A stretch of DNA of 63,569 nucleotides from Spirochaetales bacterium (GCA_003247345.1 QJZS01000200.1:1-63569), one strand, 5' to 3'. Shown: positions 19,371-29,111, numbered from the stretch's first letter. Notes: generated by a model from the sequence alone, not told the origin. Numbers and translations are program-made.

Positions 19371-20816
19371 ATGCAAGAAGCGGTAAAGGGGCTTGAACCA
19401 CAAGAGCTATGGAAGTATTTCTCTGAGCTGTCCGATATTCCCCGAGAATCAGGGAATGAAGAGGGAGTTCGCCAATATCTCGTACAATTTGCAAAAGAGC
19501 ACGGCCTCGAATCAATTGTTGATACTATCGGCAACGTCATTATCCGAAAAAAAGCATATCCAGGATACGAGGACAGAGCATCCGTTGCAATGCAGGGACA
19601 TATGGACATGGTCTGTGTGAAAGAAAGCTGGAGCAATCATGACTTTACCAAAGATCCGATTGAACTGGTAGTTGATGGGGATTTCCTGAGAGCAAATGGA
19701 ACAACATTGGGGGGAGATAACGGCATTGCCATCGCCATCGCTTTGGAAATTCTTGCTGACAAGGATTGTAAGCATGGGCCTTTGGAAGGAATTTTTACCA
19801 TCAGTGAAGAGACCGGCTTGACCGGTGCTTTTGCATTAGAGCCAGAAAACGTACAAAGCCGATTGCTTATAAACTTGGATAGTGAGGAAGAAGGTGTTAT
19901 TTATATCGGATGTGCCGGTGGTATAGAGGTAGATGTTACACTCCCTGTAACATGGGAACAGGTACCGTCTGCTCATTCAGCCTTCAAGCTCACTGCAAAC
20001 GGCATGCTTGGCGGCCACAGTGGTGGAGAGATCCACAAGCAACTGGCAAATGCCATCAAGGTTGCCTCCCGTGCACTGAGTCAAATCCCTACCTTGCAGA
20101 TCTTCGAAGCGGAAGGTGGGACCAAACGCAACGTCATCCCATCGGTATGTACGTTTAGCTTTATCGTGGCAGACCATCAAATCGAAACGCTCAAAGCTTT
20201 GGTTTCCCAGACACAACAAATCCTGAAAGAAGAATACGCAATCAGTGATCCCGGCATTGCGTTGACACTCGAGCAGGTGGAAACACCAGAGAAAGCGGTT
20301 GATGTTGCAACAAGCAAAAAATTCATTACTGCGCTGTATGCAGCTCCGCATGGGGTTGATGCAATGAGTCTTACCATTCCAGGAATTGTAGAAACCTCTT
20401 CAAACCTGGCAATCATGCGTTTGGAAAAAGATGCGTTTACTGTCATTTCCAGCCATCGCTCTTCAGTACTCTCTGCTCGCGACGATATCGCAAGAAGGTT
20501 TGCATCAGTATTTCAACTTGCAGGAGCAAAAGTAAAAATGGAAGGAGCCTATCCTGCTTGGACCCCCGACCCTTCTTCAGCTTTGACAGGATTCTGTGCA
20601 AAAGCATATGAAGAATACAGCGGGAAAAAGCCCGTCATCACTGCAATCCATGCTGGTCTTGAGTGCGGCATCATCAACAGCAGAATTCCAGGTATGGATT
20701 CAGTCTCTTTCGGCCCTGATATGTTCGGTGTCCACTCGGTAAAAGAACGGCTCAGCATCTCCTCTGTACAACGGATCAGTGGCTTCACCCGACAGTTGCT
20801 TTCGATAATTAAATGA
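19371..20816 (+). CDS. pepD: Aminoacyl-histidine dipeptidase (M20C)
   Basis: QGHMDMVC, TTLGGDNGI, EETGL, NLDSEEEG, GGHSG, IHAGLECG. Confidence 0.94.
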   Translation: MQEAVKGLEPQELWKYFSELSDIPRESGNEEGVRQYLVQFAKEHGLESIVDTIGNVIIRKKAYPGYEDRASVAMQGHMDMVCVKESWSNHDFTKDPIELVVDGDFLRANGTTLGGDNGIAIAIALEILADKDCKHGPLEGIFTISEETGLTGAFALEPENVQSRLLINLDSEEEGVIYIGCAGGIEVDVTLPVTWEQVPSAHSAFKLTANGMLGGHSGGEIHKQLANAIKVASRALSQIPTLQIFEAEGGTKRNVIPSVCTFSFIVADHQIETLKALVSQTQQILKEEYAISDPGIALTLEQVETPEKAVDVATSKKFITALYAAPHGVDAMSLTIPGIVETSSNLAIMRLEKDAFTVISSHRSSVLSARDDIARRFASVFQLAGAKVKMEGAYPAWTPDPSSALTGFCAKAYEEYSGKKPVITAIHAGLECGIINSRIPGMDSVSFGPDMFGVHSVKERLSISSVQRISGFTRQLLSIIK

Positions 20817-21529
20817 GAAGACCAATCATTGGAATAGCGGGGGGGTATGACAAAGCCCCTCCAACTTCTGCCTTCCCCACCTTGCGTCGGATGTTTACCA
20901 ATGAAGGATATGTCTCGAAATTGGAACAGAGTGGAGCTTCGGTCATTGTAATTTCGGTTACAGACAATAACCTTGAGGAACTTGTTGGACTTTGTGATGG
21001 TATTCTCATCCCAGGTGGTCCAGATATTGATCCATCTTGGTACGGGCAAACCCGACGGGATGTGTGTGGTACCAGTTGTATGGAAACTGACAGGTTCCAG
21101 TTGAATCTTTATCATACTGCTCGTAACCAAAACAAGCCTGTATTTGGGATTTGTCGTGGATGCCAACTCATCAACGTGGCAGAGGGGGGGACCCTTTTCC
21201 AAGATTATCGTTTAAGAAAGGACAGCAGTATTGTCCATCCTGACTTGGAGCACTTCGATTCAGTGAGCCATCAAGTAATGTTGGATGAGAATGGATTGAT
21301 AAGAGACATCCTTGGTACCAAGGAAATCGGAGTAAACAGCCTGCATCACCAATGTATTGATGCTTTGGCTCCAAATGCAAAAGTATTGGCAACCAGCAAG
21401 GATGGTTCTATCGAGGCAATCCAGATCCAAGGAGGCCCCTGGTGCCTCGCGGTGCAATGGCATCCGGAAAGTATGGGAGTTGAGATGCTCCCATTGTTCC
21501 AAACTTTTATCGAACAAACCCGTTCATAA
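20813..21529 (+). CDS. gamma-glutamyl-gamma-aminobutyrate hydrolase family (peptidase C26)
   Basis: PGGPDIDP, GICRGCQ, VNSLHHQ, VQWHPE. Confidence 0.92.
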   Translation: MRRPIIGIAGGYDKAPPTSAFPTLRRMFTNEGYVSKLEQSGASVIVISVTDNNLEELVGLCDGILIPGGPDIDPSWYGQTRRDVCGTSCMETDRFQLNLYHTARNQNKPVFGICRGCQLINVAEGGTLFQDYRLRKDSSIVHPDLEHFDSVSHQVMLDENGLIRDILGTKEIGVNSLHHQCIDALAPNAKVLATSKDGSIEAIQIQGGPWCLAVQWHPESMGVEMLPLFQTFIEQTRS

Positions 21530-21533
21530 TGCG

Positions 21534-21566
21534 AAACCCCTTTTCCACTCAAGAAAAGGGGTTTTT
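21534..21566. terminator. Bidirectional intrinsic terminator
   Basis: AAACCCCTTTTC-loop-GAAAAGGGGTTTTT between convergent genes. Confidence 0.8.
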
Positions 21567-21583
21567 ATCAATTAGTATTTTAA

Positions 21584-22795
21584 TTAGCTCTCTTTGACGG
21601 CTTTGGCTAGAGCCTTGGCAAGCTCATAGGCTTTCTTCTTATCTTCCTCAGTTGGTGAACCTTGATATTCGACATTACCTCGGCAATCCAATTTCATGGA
21701 AGTAGAAAATTCATCAAACTGTTTTTGGGCTCCACCGGACCATCCGAAAGAACCAAATCTCATGGTCTTTCTTCCCTGTACATGACTTCTTTCCAGTATG
21801 TCCAGAACATGGTACATGGGAGGGAACATCTTATATTCGTAGGTGGGCATCCCGATCACAAGCCCTTCGCTTCTCCATACTTTCTCAAGCACGAAAGATT
21901 CATGGGTTTGGGGAACTTGCAACACATGGACCACAACGCCTTCGCTTTCCAGTCCTTCAACGACAGAGGAGAGCAGAGCTTGGGTATTTCCATACATGCT
22001 GGACCATACCACAGCCACTTCCTTCTCTCTCGGCCCTTGTGCATAGGTAGCAAGAGTCTTATACCAATTAATTATTTTCTCTGGTTCCTTTCTCCAGACC
22101 ACACCGTGGCTGGGAGCAACCATCTTTACTTCTACATTGTCAAACTTTGCTATTCCTCTGAGTACAAAAGAAGAAAAAGAGGACACAATATTTGCATAGT
22201 AGCGCTCGGTTTCAGAAGCAAGCTTTTCTGTTTCTTCCTTGGTAAGCTCATCATCAAAACAATGATCATAGGCTCCAAACGAACCAAATCCATCACAACT
22301 GAAAAGAATTTTATCCTCAACCAAGTAGGACATCATAGTTTCAGGCCAGTGGATGTTCGGAGTCATGAAGAATTGCAATGTCTTTCCACCGAGATCAAGG
22401 GTTTCCCCATCACTTACGGCTCTTACATTGTCTTCGATTTTATAAAAATGCTTGATGAGTGGCACAGCCTTTGCAGAACACAGGATTTCTACATTCGGGT
22501 AGTGCTTGATGATTTGGGCCATTGCACCGGTATGATCCGGTTCCATATGGTTTATCACGATGTAATCAAGATTTTCTTCTCCAACCTCAAGGTCTTCCAG
22601 CTGGGAATTGACGGCACTAAGTGCTCCATCCCAATCTTTGACTAGATCGATCAATACACGTTTTTCTGTACCCTTAATCACATATGAGTTCAGCATAACT
22701 CCATCGGGGATGGGCCATATTCCTTCGAACAGGTCACGGTTGCCGACTTTCGCCGCCACACGATAGACGCCATCTGCAAGCATATCAGGTTTCAT
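21584..22795 (-). CDS. fprA: FprA family flavodiiron protein
   Basis: NHMEPDH, HWPET, SCDGFG, PSHG; flavodoxin motifs SMYGNT and GSFGWSGG. Confidence 0.93.
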   Translation of the reverse strand: MKPDMLADGVYRVAAKVGNRDLFEGIWPIPDGVMLNSYVIKGTEKRVLIDLVKDWDGALSAVNSQLEDLEVGEENLDYIVINHMEPDHTGAMAQIIKHYPNVEILCSAKAVPLIKHFYKIEDNVRAVSDGETLDLGGKTLQFFMTPNIHWPETMMSYLVEDKILFSCDGFGSFGAYDHCFDDELTKEETEKLASETERYYANIVSSFSSFVLRGIAKFDNVEVKMVAPSHGVVWRKEPEKIINWYKTLATYAQGPREKEVAVVWSSMYGNTQALLSSVVEGLESEGVVVHVLQVPQTHESFVLEKVWRSEGLVIGMPTYEYKMFPPMYHVLDILERSHVQGRKTMRFGSFGWSGGAQKQFDEFSTSMKLDCRGNVEYQGSPTEEDKKKAYELAKALAKAVKES

Positions 22796-22847
22796 AATAT
22801 CAAATTCTCCTCTTTGCTAGGATACACAATTATACCAAGCTTGTGAA

Positions 22848-23527
22848 TTAGAGACAGAGTTGACTCTTCCGTTGTAGTGAAAAAATAGATTTTTGTACGA
22901 TTTTATATGTTGGCATATGCTTATAAAGCAATGCATGAAACACTGCTGAATGATTGAAAACCAAAAGATGGGCCATCTCATGGAGGACAATATAGGAGAG
23001 TTGTTGCTCATCCAATACCTGACATCGCAGGGAAAAGTTAAGCCGTCCTTTTGCAGAACAACTTCCCCAACGGGTCTTTGAATCTCTTACAGAATACGGA
23101 GGAACGGGTACCTGAAGCTGTTCTGACCAATATGCGAGCAAAGGGATTACCCGAGATCTGACTTGTTCCCTATAGAGGTCTTTTATCATGGCGCACACTA
23201 CCAAAGGGTCTGCACTCTCCTTTGTATGTCTTCAAGGAATATTCTATTACGGTTCCCTCGGACGAGGGATAAGCTATACTCCTGTCCTTCATATAAAAAC
23301 AGTTCACCATCCCCAAAGGTATGCAGATACTTTTGTTGTTGGGCGATGGTATCAAGCACTTTCTGTTTATTATTCAGGATTACCCGTTCCACTGCTGCTT
23401 TGGAGATGCCATAAGGGCAGCTGACTTTTACGATTCCATCAGCTCTCACTCGTATTGTTATATGCCGACTCCCCTTCCTATAGAGCAAGGTGTAGGCGAT
23501 GTTTTCTACTTTACCGACTGTTTTCAT
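22848..23527 (-). pseudogene. Frameshifted YgjP/DUF45 (M48-like) metallopeptidase
   Basis: The N-half (MKTVGKV..IFLED, ORF 23198..23575) and the C-half (KTRWGSCS..LNFS..YIVLHEMAHL..NHS, ORF 22848..23204) lie in different frames that overlap near 23200-23232. Confidence 0.8.
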
Positions 23528-23532
23528 TCTGT

Positions 23533-23539
23533 TACAGTA
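23533..23539. promoter_or_regulatory. Overlapping divergent -10 elements (TACAGT on plus, TACTGT on minus)
   Basis: Plus strand: TTTACC-17-(TG-T)TACAGT-7nt-ATG 23546. Minus strand: TACTGT-6nt-ATG 23527. Confidence 0.55.
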
Positions 23540-23545
23540 TCTCCC

Positions 23546-23974
23546 ATGCACCAAAACAAGTCTATGATATTGCATTTAAACCAAGAAATTCCTTACCAAA
23601 AGGCTACGTTCCCTACAAAAGATGCAGAAGATGCTCTTAAGCAAATGCTTACTTTTCTTGATTCCCAAGAAATAGGCACCGAGGGATGCATTGCCCTTTC
23701 CCAAAAAGGGACTCTCCAATTTGTCGGAATACAGCAAGCGTTCGATGAAGAAACAAAGAATTTGATTGAACGGGGGCTTCCCCTTCCAAAAGTAGATGCG
23801 CCTTTTTATCTGAAGGAAGGTTCATACTCTTTTATTCAGATGGCACCTCCGTCCTCAATTGAATCCCTCAAAGTGGTATATCCAATATTATTCGAGGAAA
23901 ACGAGCATATCTACCTACGACTGCTCAAAGAAAATCCCCTGACAATCATAGCTCAACTGTGGGCGAATTCTTAA
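23546..23974 (+). CDS. Hypothetical protein (~142 aa)
   Basis: 3' part of ORF 23321..23974 that does not overlap the M48 gene; protein-like composition. Start is 23546 or 23564. Confidence 0.6.
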   Translation: MHQNKSMILHLNQEIPYQKATFPTKDAEDALKQMLTFLDSQEIGTEGCIALSQKGTLQFVGIQQAFDEETKNLIERGLPLPKVDAPFYLKEGSYSFIQMAPPSSIESLKVVYPILFEENEHIYLRLLKENPLTIIAQLWANS

Positions 23975-24915
23975 AAGAACAACGGTATCAACAGTGGGGC
24001 GGCCAAACTTATGATCACGCCATGGTAAATGGACCCCAACATGGTTCTCACTCCAAAATGAGATGATAGCAACACCAAGGTGACATCCATGCTGGTAGCA
24101 CCTGCTGTACAAACTGCTGGGTTGTAATATTTCTTTCCAAGTCTCCCGAATAAGGGTATCAAGAAAAATGAGAAACTCTCCCTGAGCAAGTTGGAAAGAA
24201 AGGAGATGGAACCCAACAAAGGAAAGCCCAAATCACTGATCATAATTCCCGAAAGGGAATACCATCCAAACCCACTGAGCATTCCCATTACTTCTTTCAG
24301 GCTGAATGGAGTAAAGAATGCTGCCCCAATGGCTCCCAGGTATGTCCCCAAGATGGTATAGATGGGAAGAAAAATTAGGCTCTTATCAGAGAGAACTCCC
24401 TTGAAGCTGATCTTCCTGTGTACCATCCCCATCCCTACAAAAAAGAGCAATGCATAAAGAAGGTACGTAACCAAAGAGCTTTTAAACCAAGAGAACAAGT
24501 TGGTTGTCAAACGGAAGGTAATGCCTAGGATTACGATGGAAACCAAAATCAAGGGTTCTTTAAGAATATCATAGATTCGACGGAGCACGCTTTGCTCCTT
24601 TCGTTTTGCTATCGCAATCTCTTCTGCCTTCAATGCTGGATTCTGCAAAAGTGATAAAACAATTGCGACAAATACCGTACCTGCAACACCAAAACTGGTA
24701 AGAATGAAAGCTGAGCTGCCAATAGTGGCAAATTGGCTGGTTATTCCATCTATACTTCCGGTATTCACCCCCATGAAAAAGAGCAAGAGCCAGACCAATA
24801 AAGTTTGGGAATAAGAGGCAAAACGCGTGAATCGATTGGCTCCTAGGATACGTGCTGTACCCATCCCCAGAACCAAAGCTATGGTCAGTTTGACCAAATA
24901 CCAGAGTGTTTCCAT
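23971..24915 (-). CDS. LysO/YbjE (DUF340) family exporter
   Basis: LLFFMG, SGFGWYSLSG, NLLRE, GATSMDVTL; very hydrophobic. Confidence 0.9.
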   Translation of the reverse strand: METLWYLVKLTIALVLGMGTARILGANRFTRFASYSQTLLVWLLLFFMGVNTGSIDGITSQFATIGSSAFILTSFGVAGTVFVAIVLSLLQNPALKAEEIAIAKRKEQSVLRRIYDILKEPLILVSIVILGITFRLTTNLFSWFKSSLVTYLLYALLFFVGMGMVHRKISFKGVLSDKSLIFLPIYTILGTYLGAIGAAFFTPFSLKEVMGMLSGFGWYSLSGIMISDLGFPLLGSISFLSNLLRESFSFFLIPLFGRLGKKYYNPAVCTAGATSMDVTLVLLSSHFGVRTMLGSIYHGVIISLAAPLLIPLFF

Positions 24916-24994
24916 GTCAGCTCACAATATATGAATCCTACATGCATGTCAAATTCCCTTGTTTATCATTCATTCCTTGAGTATAGTTGTCTTC

Positions 24995-26188
24995 ATGACT
25001 GATGAAAAAATGAGTGACACCTTTCACCGTCTCACCCTCGCTAATGGAAAGCAGATTCTTTTAGTTGGAACTGCCCATGTTTCCAAAGAGAGTGTGGATG
25101 AAGTAGAACAGGTTATAGAAACTGAACAGCCTGACCATATCTGCCTTGAACTTGATGCAGGAAGAATGAAAAACAAAGAGGACCAATCAGCATGGTCCAA
25201 TATGGATGTCAAGAAAGTCATCAAGGAAAACAAAGGTTTTTTATTGGTAGCGAATATGGCTCTTGCTTCCTTCCAGAAACGTATGGGCGATCAATCAGGA
25301 AGCGCCCCTGGACAGGAAATCCTCAGCGCCGCCCGTCTTGCCAAGGAGAAAGGAATCCCATTCTCTCTTTGTGACCGCGAAATTCAGGTAACGTTGAGCA
25401 GGGCTTGGAGAAAATCGAATCTCTGGAATAAGGCAAAGCTTATCGCCACGATCATCAGTGCTGTTTTCAGCAATGAGAAAATCTCCGAAGAAGAGCTGGA
25501 AACTTTAAAGAAATCAGATGTCATGCAAAACATGATGGATGAAATGGCCAAGGAGCTGCCTTCGGTGAAGGAAGTTCTCATCGATGAACGCGATCGATAC
25601 CTGGCAACCAGCATCTATCAATCACCTGGCGAGAAAAAGCTGGCAGTCATTGGGGCTGGGCATCAGAGCGGTATCATCAAGACGATTCAGGCTCTTGAGG
25701 AAGAAAAAATTGGTACGGATCTTTCAGATATCAGTACCACTCCCAAACCGGGAAAATCCGGAAAGATCGTTTCCTGGGGTTTTCCTCTACTTATCGTTGG
25801 TATCTTCGTATACGGGTTCTTCCATCTTGGACATACCGAAGGGATCAAGATGTTTTGGTATTGGCTGGCAGTCAACATGTCCTTCACTGCGTTGGGAGCC
25901 ATCATCGCCCTCGCCCATCCGCTGAATACGCTCGTAAGCATTGTGTCAGCACCCATAACAAGCTTGCACCCGAGTATCGGTGTAGGTATGGTAAGCGGTT
26001 TGATGGAAGCAACTTTAAGAAAGCCTAAAGTACAAGACTTCGAAAAGCTGAGCGATGATGCCGCTACATTCAAGGGATGGTATAAAAACCGAGTGCTGCA
26101 TACACTGCTCGTATTTCTTTTGACAAGCTTGGGTACAGCAATTGGAAATGTCGTTGTCTTCCCCATTCTATTAAGTATGCTTGGTTAA
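24995..26188 (+). CDS. TraB/GumN family protein with C-terminal membrane domain
   Basis: LVGTAHVS, ELDAGR, DREIQVTL, LIDERD, VIGAGH. Confidence 0.9.
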   Translation: MTDEKMSDTFHRLTLANGKQILLVGTAHVSKESVDEVEQVIETEQPDHICLELDAGRMKNKEDQSAWSNMDVKKVIKENKGFLLVANMALASFQKRMGDQSGSAPGQEILSAARLAKEKGIPFSLCDREIQVTLSRAWRKSNLWNKAKLIATIISAVFSNEKISEEELETLKKSDVMQNMMDEMAKELPSVKEVLIDERDRYLATSIYQSPGEKKLAVIGAGHQSGIIKTIQALEEEKIGTDLSDISTTPKPGKSGKIVSWGFPLLIVGIFVYGFFHLGHTEGIKMFWYWLAVNMSFTALGAIIALAHPLNTLVSIVSAPITSLHPSIGVGMVSGLMEATLRKPKVQDFEKLSDDAATFKGWYKNRVLHTLLVFLLTSLGTAIGNVVVFPILLSMLG

Positions 26189-26207
26189 TTATCTTTCCTA
26201 ACAAACG

Positions 26208-26245
26208 AAAGCATTGGGTATTCTAATGAATATTCAATGCTTTTT
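26208..26245 (+). terminator. Intrinsic terminator of the TraB gene
   Basis: AAAGCATTGGGTATTC-TAAT-GAATATTCAATGCTTT followed by a T tail. Confidence 0.7.
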
Positions 26246-26770
26246 ATTTTGCATTTTATTTATTACCATAAAACTAATTATTTATTTGTTAGCTATCCTT
26301 ACAATATTTAATGCTACAATAAAGCACAAATTCAGAGCTTCTATATGGGGAAAGCACATAGAAGCAATGGTTTAATATACGCAGTTTTCCAATTCAGGCA
26401 TTATTGAATTCTTGAAACCATGCCAGAAAGCAAACTCATCTTCGAAAAACAGCATCCCAGTCGTCATTGAAAATACATAATATAGAGAAATGGAAGAGGA
26501 ATCATTGAGCTTCGGGTTTATAGCAATAAGACATACATATCCTAATCACAAAGCCTAGCCTTTACATCTCTTGCAAAGATCCGCTGCCACCCCATTATGA
26601 AAGCTAGATCAGTGTGCTCTTATTATATTTCTTTTCATATTTAATTAATTAGTATTCCTAACTATATAGCTTATTGATTAGAATCTTCTTAATTCGTTAG
26701 TACACTGACTGCTATTATTTCATTTAATTATAATATTTTACCATATTGTTAGTTATACTTACTATATAAT

Positions 26771-28123
26771 CTACTGCAATGAAGTACAAATATCGAGTGC
26801 TTGTTTCACGGTTTCGCAGGAGTGTTGGACCAGCACAGTTTGCTTTCCCACCTTGGGCACGATCGATCGTTTAAACCCAAGTTCCTTTGCAGCCTTCTCT
26901 CGTTTCTCAGGAAACCCAACACCCCTCACTTCCCCGGCTAAACTCAGCTCGCCGAAACTGATCATAGCTTTTGGAAGACTCCTGTTGGTCAAGGCTGACC
27001 AAAGGGCAAGAGCCAAAGGAAGCTCAATGGAAACTTCGTTGAGCTTCATCCCACCGGCAACATTTACATATATATCCTGATCACTGAGTCTGACCAGCGC
27101 ATGCCTTTCCAGAATAGCAGCTACACGAGTTACCCTGGCAGTATCGATGCGGTCAGAGTAAATGTGGGTAAACCCATTCTTGGCGCTGGTGGTCAAAGCC
27201 TGGATTTCCACCAAAAACGTACGGGAGCCTTCTACCACGGGAGTATAGGAAATTCCCGGTGGCAAGGCAGAGCCAAGACGGTCAGTGATAAAGAATGAAG
27301 AGGGATTGGCTACAGGACTGAGTCCTTTCTCATGCATACTGAAGATACCAATCTCATCGACCGAACCAAATCTATTTTTTGCAGCACGAATGAGTCGTAC
27401 CCCACTGCTGACCTGTTCAAAATAGAGAACCGTATCAACAAGGTGTTCAATCACCTTTGGACCGGCGAGCATCCCTTCCTTTGTGACATGCCCGATGAGA
27501 AACAGGGAAATGCCGAGCTGTTTGCATAAACCAACCAAGGTAGTACTGCAGCTTCTGATCTGATTCACAGATCCTGCAGGAGATGCGATCTCCTCGCTGG
27601 AAAGCGTTTGCAAAGAATCTACTACCACGACATCGGGTTTTGTTTCAGACAGCAGTTTTTCAACTACTTCTACCCTTGTATCACAGAATATGGAAATAGA
27701 AGAAAGTTTGAGGCCCAAACGCTGGGCACGTAGTTTTACTTGGCTGGGAGACTCCTCTCCTGATATATACAGTACGCTTCTACCAAGCGAGCATTTTTCC
27801 AATACTTGCAACATCAAGGTAGATTTACCAATACCTGGTTCGCCGCCCAAAAGGATGGAGGAGCCTCGCATGACTCCTCCTCCTAATACACGATCAAGTT
27901 CACTTATACCTGTTTCGTATCGAAAGAAGGGATCAATCTCAACTTCTTCTAAACTCACAGGCTTTGTAGATGTGCTGATAACTGCACGCTTTCCATCAGA
28001 GGGTTTCTGTACCGCTTCTTCCTCGAAGGTGTTCCAACTTCCACAATCAGGACATCGCCCCAACCATTTGGTCTCTATTCTGCCGCATTGACTGCAGACA
28101 TATTGAACATCCTTCTGCTTCAC
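26771..28123 (-). CDS. radA: DNA repair protein RadA/Sms
   Basis: C4 Zn finger, GEPGIGKST, KNRFG, Lon-like C-terminal domain. Confidence 0.97.
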   Translation of the reverse strand: MKQKDVQYVCSQCGRIETKWLGRCPDCGSWNTFEEEAVQKPSDGKRAVISTSTKPVSLEEVEIDPFFRYETGISELDRVLGGGVMRGSSILLGGEPGIGKSTLMLQVLEKCSLGRSVLYISGEESPSQVKLRAQRLGLKLSSISIFCDTRVEVVEKLLSETKPDVVVVDSLQTLSSEEIASPAGSVNQIRSCSTTLVGLCKQLGISLFLIGHVTKEGMLAGPKVIEHLVDTVLYFEQVSSGVRLIRAAKNRFGSVDEIGIFSMHEKGLSPVANPSSFFITDRLGSALPPGISYTPVVEGSRTFLVEIQALTTSAKNGFTHIYSDRIDTARVTRVAAILERHALVRLSDQDIYVNVAGGMKLNEVSIELPLALALWSALTNRSLPKAMISFGELSLAGEVRGVGFPEKREKAAKELGFKRSIVPKVGKQTVLVQHSCETVKQALDICTSLQ

Positions 28124-28147
28124 AGATATCTCCTTTTGAAAAACCAG

Positions 28148-29098
28148 TTAGAATTTGATCAGCTCTACATCGAAAATCAAATATGAGTTGGGAGGAATCA
28201 CCCCAGGATATCCCATTGTGCCATAACCAAGCTCAGGAGGAATGATCAAGGTACGCTGTTCTCCTGCACTCATGGTCATCAAGGCCTCGTTCCAACCTTC
28301 AATAACTTCACCAATTGCAAACTGTGCAGGGGATCCTCTTCGTACCGAACTATCAAAGACCCTACCATCAAGCAAGGACCCGGTATAATGTACCGTTACG
28401 GTTTGGCCATACTTGGGGCTCTTCTTTCCATCGCCAGCTTTCTTCACTACATAGCGAAGACCGCTCTCTGTGACGATTGCATCAGGCCAACGATTCTTGA
28501 ATTCCTTTTCAAGTTTCTTTTGTTCTTTAGATTCACGCTTCTTATTCTTCTCTTCGGCAGCAAGCACATATTGAGTGAATGTTTCACGTGAAACTTCGAA
28601 AGCCTCTGCATCACTTCCGACTTTGATAATCTCTACACTTTTAAGTTTGTCACCTTGTGCAATGGCATCTACTATATCCTGTCCTTCGACCACATGCCCA
28701 AAGACGGAATGTTTGCCATCCAACCAAGGGGTTGCAACATGGGTGATAAAAAACTGGCTTCCATTTGTTCCGGGTCCGGCATTTGCCATGGACAAGACAC
28801 CAGGAGCCGTATGCTTAAGAGAGTCATCGAATTCATCAGGGAACGTATATCCGGGTCCCCCTGTACCATTCCCTTTAGGACATCCTCCCTGAATCATAAA
28901 GTTCTCAATGACTCTGTGGAAAGTGAGGTTATCATAGAAAGGTTTTTCTTTTCCGTTAACATTCAACACACCAGTTGCCAATCCAATAAAGTTTGCAACA
29001 GTCATAGGGGTCTTCTGATATTCGAGATTCAGAGTGATGTCACCCTTTCCTGTATGTAGCACAGCATAAACGCCGTCTTTCAAATCTTTCGTATCCAT
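28148..29098 (-). CDS. Dual cyclophilin plus FKBP peptidyl-prolyl isomerase
   Basis: Cyclophilin motifs [40 protein letters not shown]; FKBP motifs [34 protein letters not shown]. Confidence 0.95.
   Translation of the reverse strand: MDTKDLKDGVYAVLHTGKGDITLNLEYQKTPMTVANFIGLATGVLNVNGKEKPFYDNLTFHRVIENFMIQGGCPKGNGTGGPGYTFPDEFDDSLKHTAPGVLSMANAGPGTNGSQFFITHVATPWLDGKHSVFGHVVEGQDIVDAIAQGDKLKSVEIIKVGSDAEAFEVSRETFTQYVLAAEEKNKKRESKEQKKLEKEFKNRWPDAIVTESGLRYVVKKAGDGKKSPKYGQTVTVHYTGSLLDGRVFDSSVRRGSPAQFAIGEVIEGWNEALMTMSAGEQRTLIIPPELGYGTMGYPGVIPPNSYLIFDVELIKF
28580..28595. other. parS site inside the PPIase CDS
   Basis: TGTTTCACGTGAAACT, 15/16 match to TGTTTCACGTGAAACA; encodes E-VSRET-F. Confidence 0.8.
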
Positions 29099-29111
29099 GT
29101 ATTCTCCTTAC

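Noticed and set aside
21662-22645. 327 aa antisense ORF over fprA, and similar long antisense ORFs at 15934, 33635, 35075, 55838 and 57900
   Set aside because: They lie opposite well-conserved genes and show no recognisable protein motifs; typical antisense shadows.
24995-26188. TraB as evidence of a conjugative element
   Set aside because: It is the chromosomal TraB/GumN family; no relaxase, T4SS or integrase is nearby.
26802-26817. TGTTTCACG half-site in radA
   Set aside because: The second half does not match parS.
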